Shown here: piece after piece, positions 35,645-46,219 of the stretch
Layout: every line of letters begins with the position of its first letter
How positions within the stretch are numbered: the stretch's first letter is position 1
Source: Zootoca vivipara
Taxonomy: Eukaryota
Assembly (NCBI RefSeq): GCF_963506605.1
Contig: NC_083288.1
Coordinates: 30,132,001-30,196,000, forward strand
DNA: 64,000 nucleotides
Reading direction: 5' to 3'
Made by a program: the position numbers and the translations under genes
The notes under the pieces: generated by a model
The model's database searches: none
What the model saw: only the letters and a program-made list of their open reading frames with translations
Told to the model about the DNA's origin: nothing

Positions 35645-36613
35645 ATGATCCTGAATGGAAAAGAAAATATCTCGGGAACAGCCGTGACAGAGTTTGTGTT
35701 GCTTGGCTTCTCTAGTCTTCAGGGGATGCAGCTGCCACTGTTCTGCATCTTTCTGGTCATGTATACATTATCATTATTTGGCAATGCTCTGGTCATCCTC
35801 ATAATCCGCCTTGACTTCCGCCTTCACAGCCCCATGTACTATTTTCTGAGCAAACTCTCCTGGCTGGAGATTATCATCACCACCACAGTCACACCGAAGA
35901 TGCTAAGCCTTCTCATCACAAAGAAAAAAACCATCTCCTTTTTTGGATGTGCTGTCCAGATAACACTGTACTTTCTTTGTGGGACCACAGAAGTTCTCCT
36001 GCTTGGGGCCATGTCTGTGGATCGCTACTTAGCCATCTGTAACCCACTGCGCTACACGGCCATAATGAGTAGCCAGGTCTGCATGCTGATGGTGCTCTTC
36101 TGTTGGTTTGGAGGCTTCATTTGTATAGCTCTTGGTCTGATCTTCAAGTCGGGACTACCTTACTGTGGCCCCAATGTCATTGATCATTTCTTCTGCGACA
36201 CAGCCCCGTTGACACTGTTAATCTGTGCAGACACCACCCTGGTTGAAAATATAGAATTTGCCTCTTCTTGTTTTACACTCCTGAGCTCCGTCTCTGTGAC
36301 AGCTGTCTCCTACCTCTGCATCATTGTTACTGTGATCAGGATGCCCTCAGCCCAAGGTAGGAGGAAAGCCTTCAGCACCTGCAGCTCTCATATCACTGTG
36401 GCCTCCCTCTATTATGGCAGCTCCATATTCATCTATGTCAGGCCAGCTGGAAACTCTTCTATGGATTTTAATAAGGCGGCCACTGTTCTTAACACTGTGG
36501 TTACTCCTTTACTTAATCCAATTATCTATAGCTTTAGAAATAAAGTGGTCAAGGATGTGCTGAAAGATGCAGTGAAGAAAATTGGTGCAATATTCAGGAA
36601 AACAGTTGATTAA
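35645..36613 (+). CDS. Olfactory receptor, family 6-like (OR6-b), 322 aa, intact
   Basis: Close paralog of OR6-a (MILNGKENISG... KAFSTCSSH, PLLNPIIYSFRN). True ATG is at 35645; the track start at 35612 is GTG. Confidence 0.95.
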   Translation: MILNGKENISGTAVTEFVLLGFSSLQGMQLPLFCIFLVMYTLSLFGNALVILIIRLDFRLHSPMYYFLSKLSWLEIIITTTVTPKMLSLLITKKKTISFFGCAVQITLYFLCGTTEVLLLGAMSVDRYLAICNPLRYTAIMSSQVCMLMVLFCWFGGFICIALGLIFKSGLPYCGPNVIDHFFCDTAPLTLLICADTTLVENIEFASSCFTLLSSVSVTAVSYLCIIVTVIRMPSAQGRRKAFSTCSSHITVASLYYGSSIFIYVRPAGNSSMDFNKAATVLNTVVTPLLNPIIYSFRNKVVKDVLKDAVKKIGAIFRKTVD

Positions 36614-37465
36614 GCATTTGGATTGAACTCGTGACCCCTTAGCACCCTTGATCTTAATATAGTAACCTTTCTGATCTGCCTTCTCCATTGTCATGCCTTC
36701 TCAAGTATTCATTCAGCTAGAAGAGATTGATAAGGCCTTTGGACAATAAATATCATATGTTCAGTAGCTGCTTTCTTCAGTTCTCTCTTCTTGTTCAACC
36801 AGACAGAGATTCTGCACCAGCAAAATGAGTAGGCTGCAGTGTAGGAACTCAAATGTGTATGAGTAATTCATTTGTAAACTGAGCAGGCAGGGTCAACAGT
36901 ATAGGGGAAACAGGAGTGTTTTGGTGGAATATTGATGGAGGGGATGAACAAACTGTACCCCAGAGGCAGACTTCTGTAATCTTTCGTAAAATGGCACCCT
37001 GCCCAGAATTCAGCACCTTTTTTTCATGAGAACTCCATTCTGGCATCTCTCAAGGGTGCGCCCTTGCCATTATAAGAGAACAAGCTTTCATTCATTCATT
37101 CATTCATTCAGCTAGGTGTTTATGGTCAGTGTTTGAAACTCCCATTGTTCTAGGTGCATTTTGCTACAGGGAATTTCATTAGAATGAGCAGTTTCTGATC
37201 TCTGGATGCAGTACTGCACCTAAGATTTCAGATTAAAACTGCAGAGTGGGAGGAAATGAGAACCCTTTTTCTGCCTTCCCACTTCCAGCTACTCTCTGAA
37301 GACTGGAGAAGAGACCTTATTCAGAATATATGGGGAAGGACTAGACCATGTGAAAAATGAACATAATATTTTAGCTGCAGTTCATTCATTTTCAGCTTTG
37401 TATTCTTCTTATTAAAAAGTGTGCCTAGACATTCTGTTTATGGTTTATGGTGCCTAGGTTTAAGG

Positions 37466-38191
37466 CAGTCATGGGCAACCTTTTGAGCTTGGTGTGTCAA
37501 AATTCGCCAAAAAACAGAGCATAACTCGGGTGGTGTGTCACTTCAAGAAAAAAACCATAATTTTGCGATATTTATAGTTTAAATAACAAAAATGTATAAT
37601 TGTAATATATAACTGTCCTTAATAAATCAAAAACTAATTATTTAACCAAACCAAACCAAAAACCCCTTATTTATCACAAAGTGCCCAGAGTTGTTGAGCT
37701 TTTTGGGAGGAGCTGCTGACCAAAGTTTGGGAGGTTTTTTTGGGGGGGGTGCAAAAGTTGCTTTGCTTTTTTGGGGGGGTGCCCCAAAGCTGCTGCGCTT
37801 TTTTGGGGGGGGGAGAGAACAGAAATAAATGACAAATAATACATTTTCTGGAACTAACACGAAGCACTGACATAGTCTGCCAAAGCGCCAAAAAAACCAG
37901 CACAGAACGGGTTAAAAATGAACGCTGTTACACCCAATCATCGTCTGCCAAAGCGCCAGAAACAACAGCACAGAAAGGGTTAAAAACCAATCTCTGGCTA
38001 CCAGCAACAAAAGACACACAAAAAAGGGATCCGGGTTTTAACACAGCGGAGACAAGCTGTAGCGTGAGGAGGAGCGGGAGAACAAATTGGGGGGGGGGGA
38101 CAACAGTGTGAATGGGCTGATGGGGCGCGTGCCAGCAGTGAGGGCTCTGTGTGTCACATCTGACACACGTGTCATAGGTTCGCCATCACTG
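37466..38191 (-). mobile_element. Non-autonomous hAT element (hAT1 / Myotis_hAT1-like ends)
   Basis: Ends CAGTCATGGGCAACCTTTTGAGCTTGGTGTGTCAAAATTCGCC and TGACACACGTGTCATAGGTTCGCCATCACTG; TSD gtttaagg/gtttatgg. Confidence 0.8.
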
Positions 38192-39010
38192 GTTTATGGT
38201 GTCATTAGCTCCTAGCTTTCGTATCTCAGTTTCTAACACGTTTTTTTGTGCGTTCTGGCACCTCTTTTTCTAGAAAAATAGCACCATCCTAAATTGGAGC
38301 TTCTTTACACCCTTCCATTTCTGTGCAGATCGCGTCTGTGCATCCAACGCCACGGAACCCAGATGTAAACACTTCTGGGTCCGTGGCGTTCGTAAACGGA
38401 GGTGTTCGTAAATGGGACTGTTTGTAAACCACCGTATTGGAGATTCATCTACATCACAAAAGTTTGAATAGGATTTTACAGATACAGTAGTTTGCAGTTC
38501 AAAACCACAGTTTAATGACTGTACACTAAAAATATGATTGGGAAGCTGTGGAATTTATCTATTTGTCCACCTGAATCAGATGGCACAAGGTTATAACACA
38601 ATATCAGGTCTCCCAATAGCATACAGCATCAACTTTAATACATCACCTCTCAGCTTTTTCTTCCAGACAGCTACAAATCTGAGTATAGGGTGTTCTAGTC
38701 TGACTTCTGTATAACTTACTGTCACACAGATTGATAAAGCACCAACCTCATTTTCTCCTAAGCTGAGATAGGAGCCTTCTCCCATAACAACCCATTTAAG
38801 AACCATGAATTGATTACAGGAAGACAATAATGTACAAAAATGGTTACACTAAATGATGTGCAGACATACTGCCAATGTATTCGTTTTGCTGTGTTTTTAT
38901 TATGTTGGAAGTAACCCAGAGTGACTGAGGCAATCCAGTTAGATGGGTGGGGTAAAAGTAATAAATTGCTGCTGTTTTCAATTATTTGTACGCCTAGTTT
39001 GAAAGTCCAT

Positions 39011-40005
39011 TCAATTCAATTTAAATGAAATTTAAATGAATGAATTTAAATGAAAAAGTATTAAACCGCTGAAGAAATCTATGAATTTCTCAGACCTCAC
39101 CAGTTCTGGGCACCACAGTTCAAGAAGGATACTGACAAGCTGGAACGTGTCCAGAGGAGGGCAACCAAAATGGTCAAAGGCCTGGAAACGATGCCTTATG
39201 AGGAACGGCTTAGGGAGCTGGGTATGTTTAGCCTGGAGAAGAGAAAGTTAAGGGGAGATATGATAGCCATGTTCAAATATATAAAAGGATGCCATATAGA
39301 GGAGGGAGAAAGGTTGTTTTCTGCTGCTCCAGAGAAGCAGACACGGAGCAATGGATTCAAACTACAAGAAAGAAGATTCCACCTAAACATTAGGAAGAAC
39401 TTCCTGATAGTAAGAGCTGTTGGACAGTGGACTTTGCTGCCAAGGAGTGTGGTGGAGTCTCCTCCTTTGGAGGTCTTTAAGCGGAGGCTTGACAGCCATC
39501 TGTCAGGAATGCTTTGATGGTGTTTCCTGCTTGGCAGGGGGTTGGACTGGATGGCCCTCGTGGTCTCTTCCAACTCTATGATTCTATGATTCTATGGGTT
39601 GAATGTTGGTGGGTTTCATCCTGCTTCAGTTCCCTCCCTCCTTTGTTCTGGTTTCTTTCTCCTTTATGCACTCATCTCACTCATCTCCCCTCCTGAAGCC
39701 ATATATATATGACAATGAAATATATTTTATTCAAATTCTGTTAAATGATGACAAAAATGATATGCAAAAAGTGTGAAAAAACAGTTCATTATTGGTAGCT
39801 CTGCTTCTTTGTAAAATGTTATGTGATTTCTGGGTAGGAGGATGAGTTATAGTCACTAACTAAATGTCAGGAATGCTTCTGTCACAAAACATGTGATGGA
39901 CATTGCAACATGACCCACTAATAGCTGACATTCACAGATTTCTTCAGGGGTTTCATACTTTTTCATTTAAATTTATTCATTTAAATTTCATTTAAATTAC
40001 ATTGA
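39011..40005. repeat. Inverted repeat pair of about 75 bp (39011-39086 and 39930-40005)
   Basis: Reverse-complement alignment by eye, about 6 mismatches. Confidence 0.8.
39090..39596 (+). mobile_element. CR1 LINE 3' fragment, same subfamily as 19805-20816
   Basis: MVKGLETMPYEERLRELGMFSLEKR...; (TTCTATGA)n tail. Confidence 0.93.
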
Positions 40006-40596
40006 CTCTCATCAAATTTCTTTTTTTATAATGTGTATGCAAACATAGGGGAAGGGAAAAAGAAACCCATTTAAAATCTAAAATTTAAAACTACTTTTAA
40101 AAATAGTTCTAAATCCATTCCATTTTGCCTTTATATACAGGAAGGAAGAATGAGGACAAACACACACGGCCCACTTCAGATTTCCTTATTGGAGCCAAAC
40201 ATTAATGTATTATTAGCCTATTTTAGTTCATTTTGATGATATTTGGTCTCCTAGCTCCCTTGAGAGTAGTGAGGCTCCAACATTATTATCTACAACCTCA
40301 AATATTTTCTGCATTCATTCAAAGCACCAAATTATTTGTTTTAGCCCTGTGGGATTAATTAATATACCCCAACTTCATTACTATTCTATCAGGACAGTTA
40401 GTTCATTAAAATGCATTGTATTAAGATCCTACAGAACTCTCCTAACAAAAAAAGAAGCTTATTTTGAAACCTGATGATCATCAATAGAAAATGACCAAAA
40501 GCAACTCAGCTGATATTAACAATAAGAATATTCCACCAAACCTAATTTAAACATATAGATCAATATTGATATTTCATAAGTGAAAATGAAGCCTAT

Positions 40597-41731
40597 TGTC
40601 ACAGTGGCCTGGGTGGGCTACTTCAGAGTAACGACTCCACACAGCTCTGCATTTTATCTTTTTATTGGTGCTGTGTATTTACAGTGCTAAAGGCAGTGCT
40701 ATTTACAGAGATACATCTTATCCGCTTTCTTCAGTACCTCCGAATGGAGTTTGGCGCGTTTTTCTCCAACATAACAACTTGGGGAGACCCAGCCTCTTCC
40801 CCCGACGTTTCTTGCGCAATTCCGGAGTCGGTGGGATTGGCCTTCCCCCCTTGCTCCCCCCTTCCTGTCCCACCTTGGGCAATGGCTCTGCTACCTTGCC
40901 TGAGCCTCGGACACCACTTCCTGCTTCTCTACTTGAGTCGGAACTCTCCCTGCTTTCCCCAGCGCTCGGAGATGGGCTGGAACTCAAGATGGGAGGGACC
41001 TCCCGATATCCCTTGTCCCTCACATCCACCCCCCTCCCAAGCCCTCCTTCTCCCCTCCCTAGGGGCCCCGAGGGTGCCGGGGACGACTGAAAACCTAAAA
41101 ACTCCGTGTTGTCGGAGCCCGTGGGTGTGAACACCTCCCCCCAATCCAGTGAGCTTCCTCCTTCCCCCTGAGAAGACGGAAAGCCCAAAAATTCCGTGGC
41201 ATCAGAGCTGGTGGGAGTAAAAATATGCTGCCAGTCCTCCCCTGCCTCTGACGTGGTGGACCTCGGAGAAGCCCACACCTCTTCCTCAGGATCCTCAAAC
41301 TCCGCTTCCCACCTCCATGGAGAACTGCTCTCTGCGACCTCTTCCTCCGGCCCTTCCCCCTCTCCATCCCTTTCCATGTGCCAGGGCTTGGGCCTGTGGG
41401 GGAAGAGGGCGTGGAATTCTTCCACTAAGAATTCCTCCTGTATTTCCGTGGCTGCTACCCATTCATTCTGGGACGGCGGGGCATCGTCCCACGCCATGAG
41501 GTACTCCAGGCCCCCCACCCCTCTTCGTGAATCAAGGATGGACGTGGCTTCATTGAGTTGCTCCCCCCTTCCTGTCCCACCTTGGGCAATGGCTCTGCTA
41601 CCTTGCCTGAGCCTCGGACACCACTTCCTGCTTCTCCACTTGAGTCGGAACTCTCCCTGCTTTCCCCAGCGCTCGGAGATGGGCTGGAACTCAAGATGGG
41701 AGGGACCTCCCGATATCCCTTGTCCCTCACA
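40597..41731 (-). mobile_element. Chromoviral Gypsy LTR retrotransposon with a large internal deletion
   Basis: 3' LTR 41024-40597 (TGTGA...TGACA, AATAAA about 40661), polypurine tract (PPT) 41025-41038, integrase chromodomain about 41385-41550, partial 5' LTR 41731-41558 (1 mismatch in 174 bp), 5-bp TSD CCTAT (40592-40596 and 41732-41736). Confidence 0.92.
40718..41557 (-). CDS. Remnant pol C-terminus: chromodomain, acidic repeat tail and LTR-encoded extension
   Basis: ILDSRRGVGGLEYLMAWDDAPPSQNEWVAATEI...EFHALFPHRP, then DW..FTPT.SD.TEFLGF twice; the frame stays open through the PPT into the LTR. Confidence 0.75.
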   Translation of the reverse strand, partial: LNEATSILDSRRGVGGLEYLMAWDDAPPSQNEWVAATEIQEEFLVEEFHALFPHRPKPWHMERDGEGEGPEEEVAESSSPWRWEAEFEDPEEEVWASPRSTTSEAGEDWQHIFTPTSSDATEFLGFPSSQGEGGSSLDWGEVFTPTGSDNTEFLGFQSSPAPSGPLGRGEGGLGRGVDVRDKGYREVPPILSSSPSPSAGESRESSDSSREAGSGVRGSGKVAEPLPKVGQEGGSKGGRPIPPTPELRKKRRGKRLGLPKLLCWRKTRQTPFGGTEESG

Positions 41732-42193
41732 CCTATAATTTTCCCCAGCATTCATATTATTTAATGTCAGATCCACGTTGGCACAAGTAGTCTCTCATAT
41801 GTGAGTAACAGAATGAATGAGCCAATTACATGTATTATTTTTTCCCAATCTGCACTTTGGAAACAGAAGTTATTGCATTACCGAATTGGCCATTACCCCT
41901 TTGTCTAGTCGGGGGGGGGGGGGGCAAACAAAAATCCATTCCAAAAGAGAAATATAGTTGTGGTGTACTATGGGTTGGTGTAAGACAGCTGTACCTCTGA
42001 TAGCTTCTATTTATTTCTACACTCCAAAAGTGGAGACCAAACAACATCTGTAAATGAGTTCCTAAATCCTTGAGCACTGATCATCTGTTTTTAACACTCA
42101 ATGAATGAAATATATCAGCTTAGAATTCCAAACCAGTAAAGAAGAACTCACATCAATATCTCGGAAGAAATATATCACCCAAGCTACTAACTT

Positions 42194-43094
42194 CTACTTC
42201 ATTCTCCTTCCTAAGTACTTCCTGCTGTTCAGTTCAGTCCGCATGACGATTATATAACATTTAGGAGCAAAGATACAGCCCAATAAACCAGCACTAGAGG
42301 CTAAGATGGAGAAGATCTCCACAGCCACCATGTATTTTCCCTTTGTGCTCAGGTAGGTTGGCACAAAAGAGACCCACACACTGCAAAACACTAACATGCT
42401 AAAAGTGATGAACTTGGCTTCATTGAAAGTGCTTGGCAACTCCCTAGCAAGAAAAGCCACAGCAAAGCTGACAAGAGCCAGAAACCCCAGGTACCCAAGA
42501 ACAGAATAAAACATAGGGACAGACCCTTCATTACATTCAACCACAATTTCTTTAGCCAAAGTGTCCATGTCCAAATGTGGGAACGGAGGAGCAGTAAGGA
42601 GCCACACAGTACAAAGAGCTCCTTGAATGATGGTGCAGGAGAAAACAATAGAAGCTCCAGTCTTTTCCCCACCCAGTTCCTGATCCTGGATCCTGGCCTT
42701 GTGGCCATGAATGCCAAAATCACTGTGGTGGTTTTTGCCAACACGGAAGAAACAGCCACAGTGAAGACGATGCCAAAAGCTGTTTGCCTTAGGAGGCAGG
42801 TCACTTTCTGAGGTCTTCCAAAGAACAGCAAAGAGCAGAGGAAGCAAAGCAAAAGGGCGATGAGCAGAGTGTACGTGAGACCCCGATTGTTGGCTTTAAC
42901 AAGGGGAGTTTCCTTGTATTTAATGAATATTTTAAGCACGAAAGCAGTGATCACAGAAAATGAAAATGCCATGAAAACTAAAGTGATGCTCAAATTTTCA
43001 TCATGGGACAGAAAGTGTAACATCTTGGGGAGACATCCATCTTGGTCTTCATTAGGATACTGATCTTCTGGGCACATTATACAATTGTCCATAT
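42194..43094 (-). CDS. V2R-A exon 6 (7TM), frameshifted
   Basis: [13 protein letters not shown]...WVGKRL in one frame, then SIVFSC...[12 protein letters not shown]...PKCYII in another. Confidence 0.88.
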
Positions 43095-43349
43095 CTGGAG
43101 AGGAAAAGACATGATCACAACTCAGTCAATGGACATGGGCAAATGTCTGAACTATACAGAGTACTGGGTAAGCAATGTTCACAATCATGCAGAAAGAGAC
43201 TTCGACATGTACATATGCCTACAAAATTCCCATATCTATAAATAAAGTTTAGCACTGCAAGCTTTATCATCTAAATCCACACAAACTTTACAGAGCCACT
43301 GGTGCTGAGGGTGGAATCATGTTCATATGATAACATGGTTAACACTTGC

Positions 43350-43476
43350 CTTCTGGATTAGAAATCTTCCCTTCTGCACATGGGTCACAATCGTAGCAAC
43401 AGAATGGCTCTCCCTCCTTCTTTTTTCTCACAAAACCTGGATGACACATGTCATTACACACGGAAGAAGGCGGTAT
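43350..43476 (-). CDS. V2R-A exon 5 (cysteine-rich domain)
   Basis: Hand translation [42 protein letters not shown]; not in the ORF track; donor AG|GCAAGT. Confidence 0.88.
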
Positions 43477-43649
43477 CTATTCAGAAATGCAATGAAGGAA
43501 AGGGCTAGTATACTGAGGGTGTGCATTAATTGGTTGTGTGCTACCTAGATTACAAGGCAAATAGGAGTGGTTTGAGTTTTTCTCATGCCCCAAATTAGGG
43601 TGTATTGAGCTGGATCATGAACTCTCTCATGGTCTGAGTCACTCTGGTA

Positions 43650-43837
43650 CAGTCATACCTCGGTTTAAGTACACCTCGGTTTGAGTATTTTCAGTTTAAG
43701 TACTCCACGGACCCATCTGGAACAGATTAATCCACTTTCCATGACTTTCCATGGGAAATTTCGCTTCAGGTTAAGTATGCTTCATGTTAAGTACAGACTT
43801 CGGGAACCAATTGTGTTTGTGAACCGAGGTACCACTG
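43650..43837. mobile_element. Tigger/pogo-like MITE
   Basis: TA|CAGTCATACCTCGGTT...AACCGAGGTACCACTG|TA. Confidence 0.9.
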
Positions 43838-45387
43838 TACTAGGTTGCATAAAAATTGCCACATTTCTAAAGCAAGGGTTGCATTGTTTTTTCACATGGA
43901 TATATTTTGCATTTGTTTTTACCACCATCATTATCTCCTTGCAGGGGGGACATAGGAAAAAAATCATGGGAAGCTGCCATTTACAGATGGATACATTGAT
44001 CCATCTACGTAGCTCAGTATTGTCTTCTGCCTGCATACAAAACAGATGTCCTACCGATAAGCCATGGCTCTTCCTCATGGAGAGATCTATCCCAGCAAAA
44101 AGTAGCTGTATTCCCAAAACTCCATGGGGTAGGAGTCAATGATTCTTGGAATAACAGGATTTTCATTGGGCCATGACATTTCCCCCACCCAACTCTTTCA
44201 TGGGGATCAATGACCTCTTTTGACCACCATCCCTTCCCCTATGGGATTCAGTGAAGCAATAACTTTTTTCCACGGTAAAGAGGCTGTATCTGCAAAATAC
44301 AGATACTAGATGAATCTTGTGACTGGTGCACACCTGTTGTATATTCTTATCTCCATGAAGCAATCACATTGAAAGTATTGAAGTATTGGCATAAGAGAGG
44401 ATACAGGTTCGATGCAAAATAAGTTCATCTTTTCTGGGTCAAGAGATGTGCTCTCCTACAATGTACATTACACAAAGTTTCACTGTCCTAATGCTTGCTC
44501 CATTGAGGCCTTATAGAAGGCTAGTGGCTTATATGACAAGGGACAAATTAAACATGAACTATTCTATACATCCCCCTTCTAGTTATCTCTAGATTTGACA
44601 CTTAATAAATATTCCAATACAGTTCACATCTTTAAAAAACCCCTAAAAACTAAAATATGTGTCATAAATGAATATCTTAAAGGAAATACATTTCCATTTT
44701 TTATTTTAAGAGAAAATGCATTTAAATGTGTTCCATAAGCTTTTTAACATTGCAAATTAATCCAAAACAGCCAGAACAAATAAGCAGTCGTGCTCTGGAC
44801 TGATAACGATCCTCACTGTGCTGAACTCCCTGCCCCATTGCTCTTCAGGACACGTATGTTCTCTATTTACATTTTTTAGGATTTTTGTATTAATTGCATT
44901 CTAACAATTAACATCATACTCAGTTTGGCCCAATAATCTCATAAGGCAAGAGTGTTCTTTAACACTCCCAACAAGCCAAAACCTTATTGATTCCATGTCC
45001 TACATAACTTCACTAGGCTTCAACACAGTGTTTAAATAAAGGACATAACAGTTTGCAAAATATTACTTTATTACATACTAATAGTTCACAACATTTCCTA
45101 TGCTGAGTTGATGGCAGGTGCGCTGTACTCTCCACAGAGATCTACTTTAAATTGTTAAAGTTACTTATTTGGAAATCTCTCAAGTAAAAGAACTATGAAT
45201 GAGTGTTTCCATGTGTTTTAAAGTGAATTTTTTCCATATGTTAGTATTTTCAAATATATTTGTAAACCACCTTAAAGACCTACCTTAGATGATTGGATAT
45301 AAATCTTGGAAATAAATAAATACATTGAGGATTTGTACTAGAATATCTACTGATATTTTGTACCTGAAACCAAATACCAGACCCTAC

Positions 45388-45609
45388 CTGGTTAAACACT
45401 TTGTGCCATGTGATGATCTTCTCATTGATGGTGAACTGTCTGCCTCCCCATGGACCCATCCTCCCTACTTTCACCTTCATGAAAGATCTATTTGGGAAAG
45501 TAATCCAGTTTATAATATCAAATCCACCTTCTAATTCACCTTTTTCATTCAGAGACACCTGATCCCCAATGCTGTTATTAAAAGAGATGCTCCTCAAGAA
45601 ATGGTGAAG
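45388..45609 (-). CDS. V2R-A exon 4
   Basis: LHHFLRSISFNNS...FDIINWITFPN...FNQ; 6 bp shorter than gene B, in frame. Confidence 0.9.
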
Positions 45610-46219
45610 CTGAATTTGAAGAGGTGAAATAAGTTTTTTTAAAAAGAAAAGAAGAGAGACAACCATAAAAATATTTTTATAACATCATTCTTTTTCTTTT
45701 TCTTTTTTGCTTATTTTGGTCATATCTATAGTCCACTTTTCTAACCAGCAGGCTATACAAGACAATTTAACAACAATGTAAAAACAATAGTTACAATCAA
45801 AAGTACGGTATGTGTCAATGAGAAGATTCAGCTGAGACCCTGAATCAGTGTTTTGCATTGTAGTTTGATTCAGTCTGAACTGATCTGGATCCAAAGAGCC
45901 CCGTGTGGCACTTTTAAGGACTGTTGATCACTTGAGGCTTACAGTTATTATTTATCAGCTTATCAGCTGTGATGTTGAACCTGCTTTCTGCAGAGACTGG
46001 CTGTATGTTTGAGTTCCCCAATGGGAACTCAGTCACACAACGGGTCTAACATGCTCAAAGCTGATGGGTAGCGACTTCAGCCCTGCTTTCTGTAGAGATC
46101 AGCTTCACAACAAGGAATTCTGACATGCAGCCATTCCAACCACATATCTATCTGGGGGAAAACTGGGGAATTAAAGCTGGGTGTTTAGTGCTGTGCTTAA
46201 CAGAGTATTTAAACATAAA

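Noticed and set aside
38337-38395. Short hairpin (aacgccacggaacccaga...tctgggtccgtggcgtt) as an ncRNA
   Set aside because: The adjacent gttcgtaaac repeats indicate a pogo-like MITE fragment.
40718-41776. 352-aa ORF as a host chromodomain gene
   Set aside because: It lies almost wholly within an LTR element with PPT and TSD; its N-terminus is LTR and flank read in another frame.
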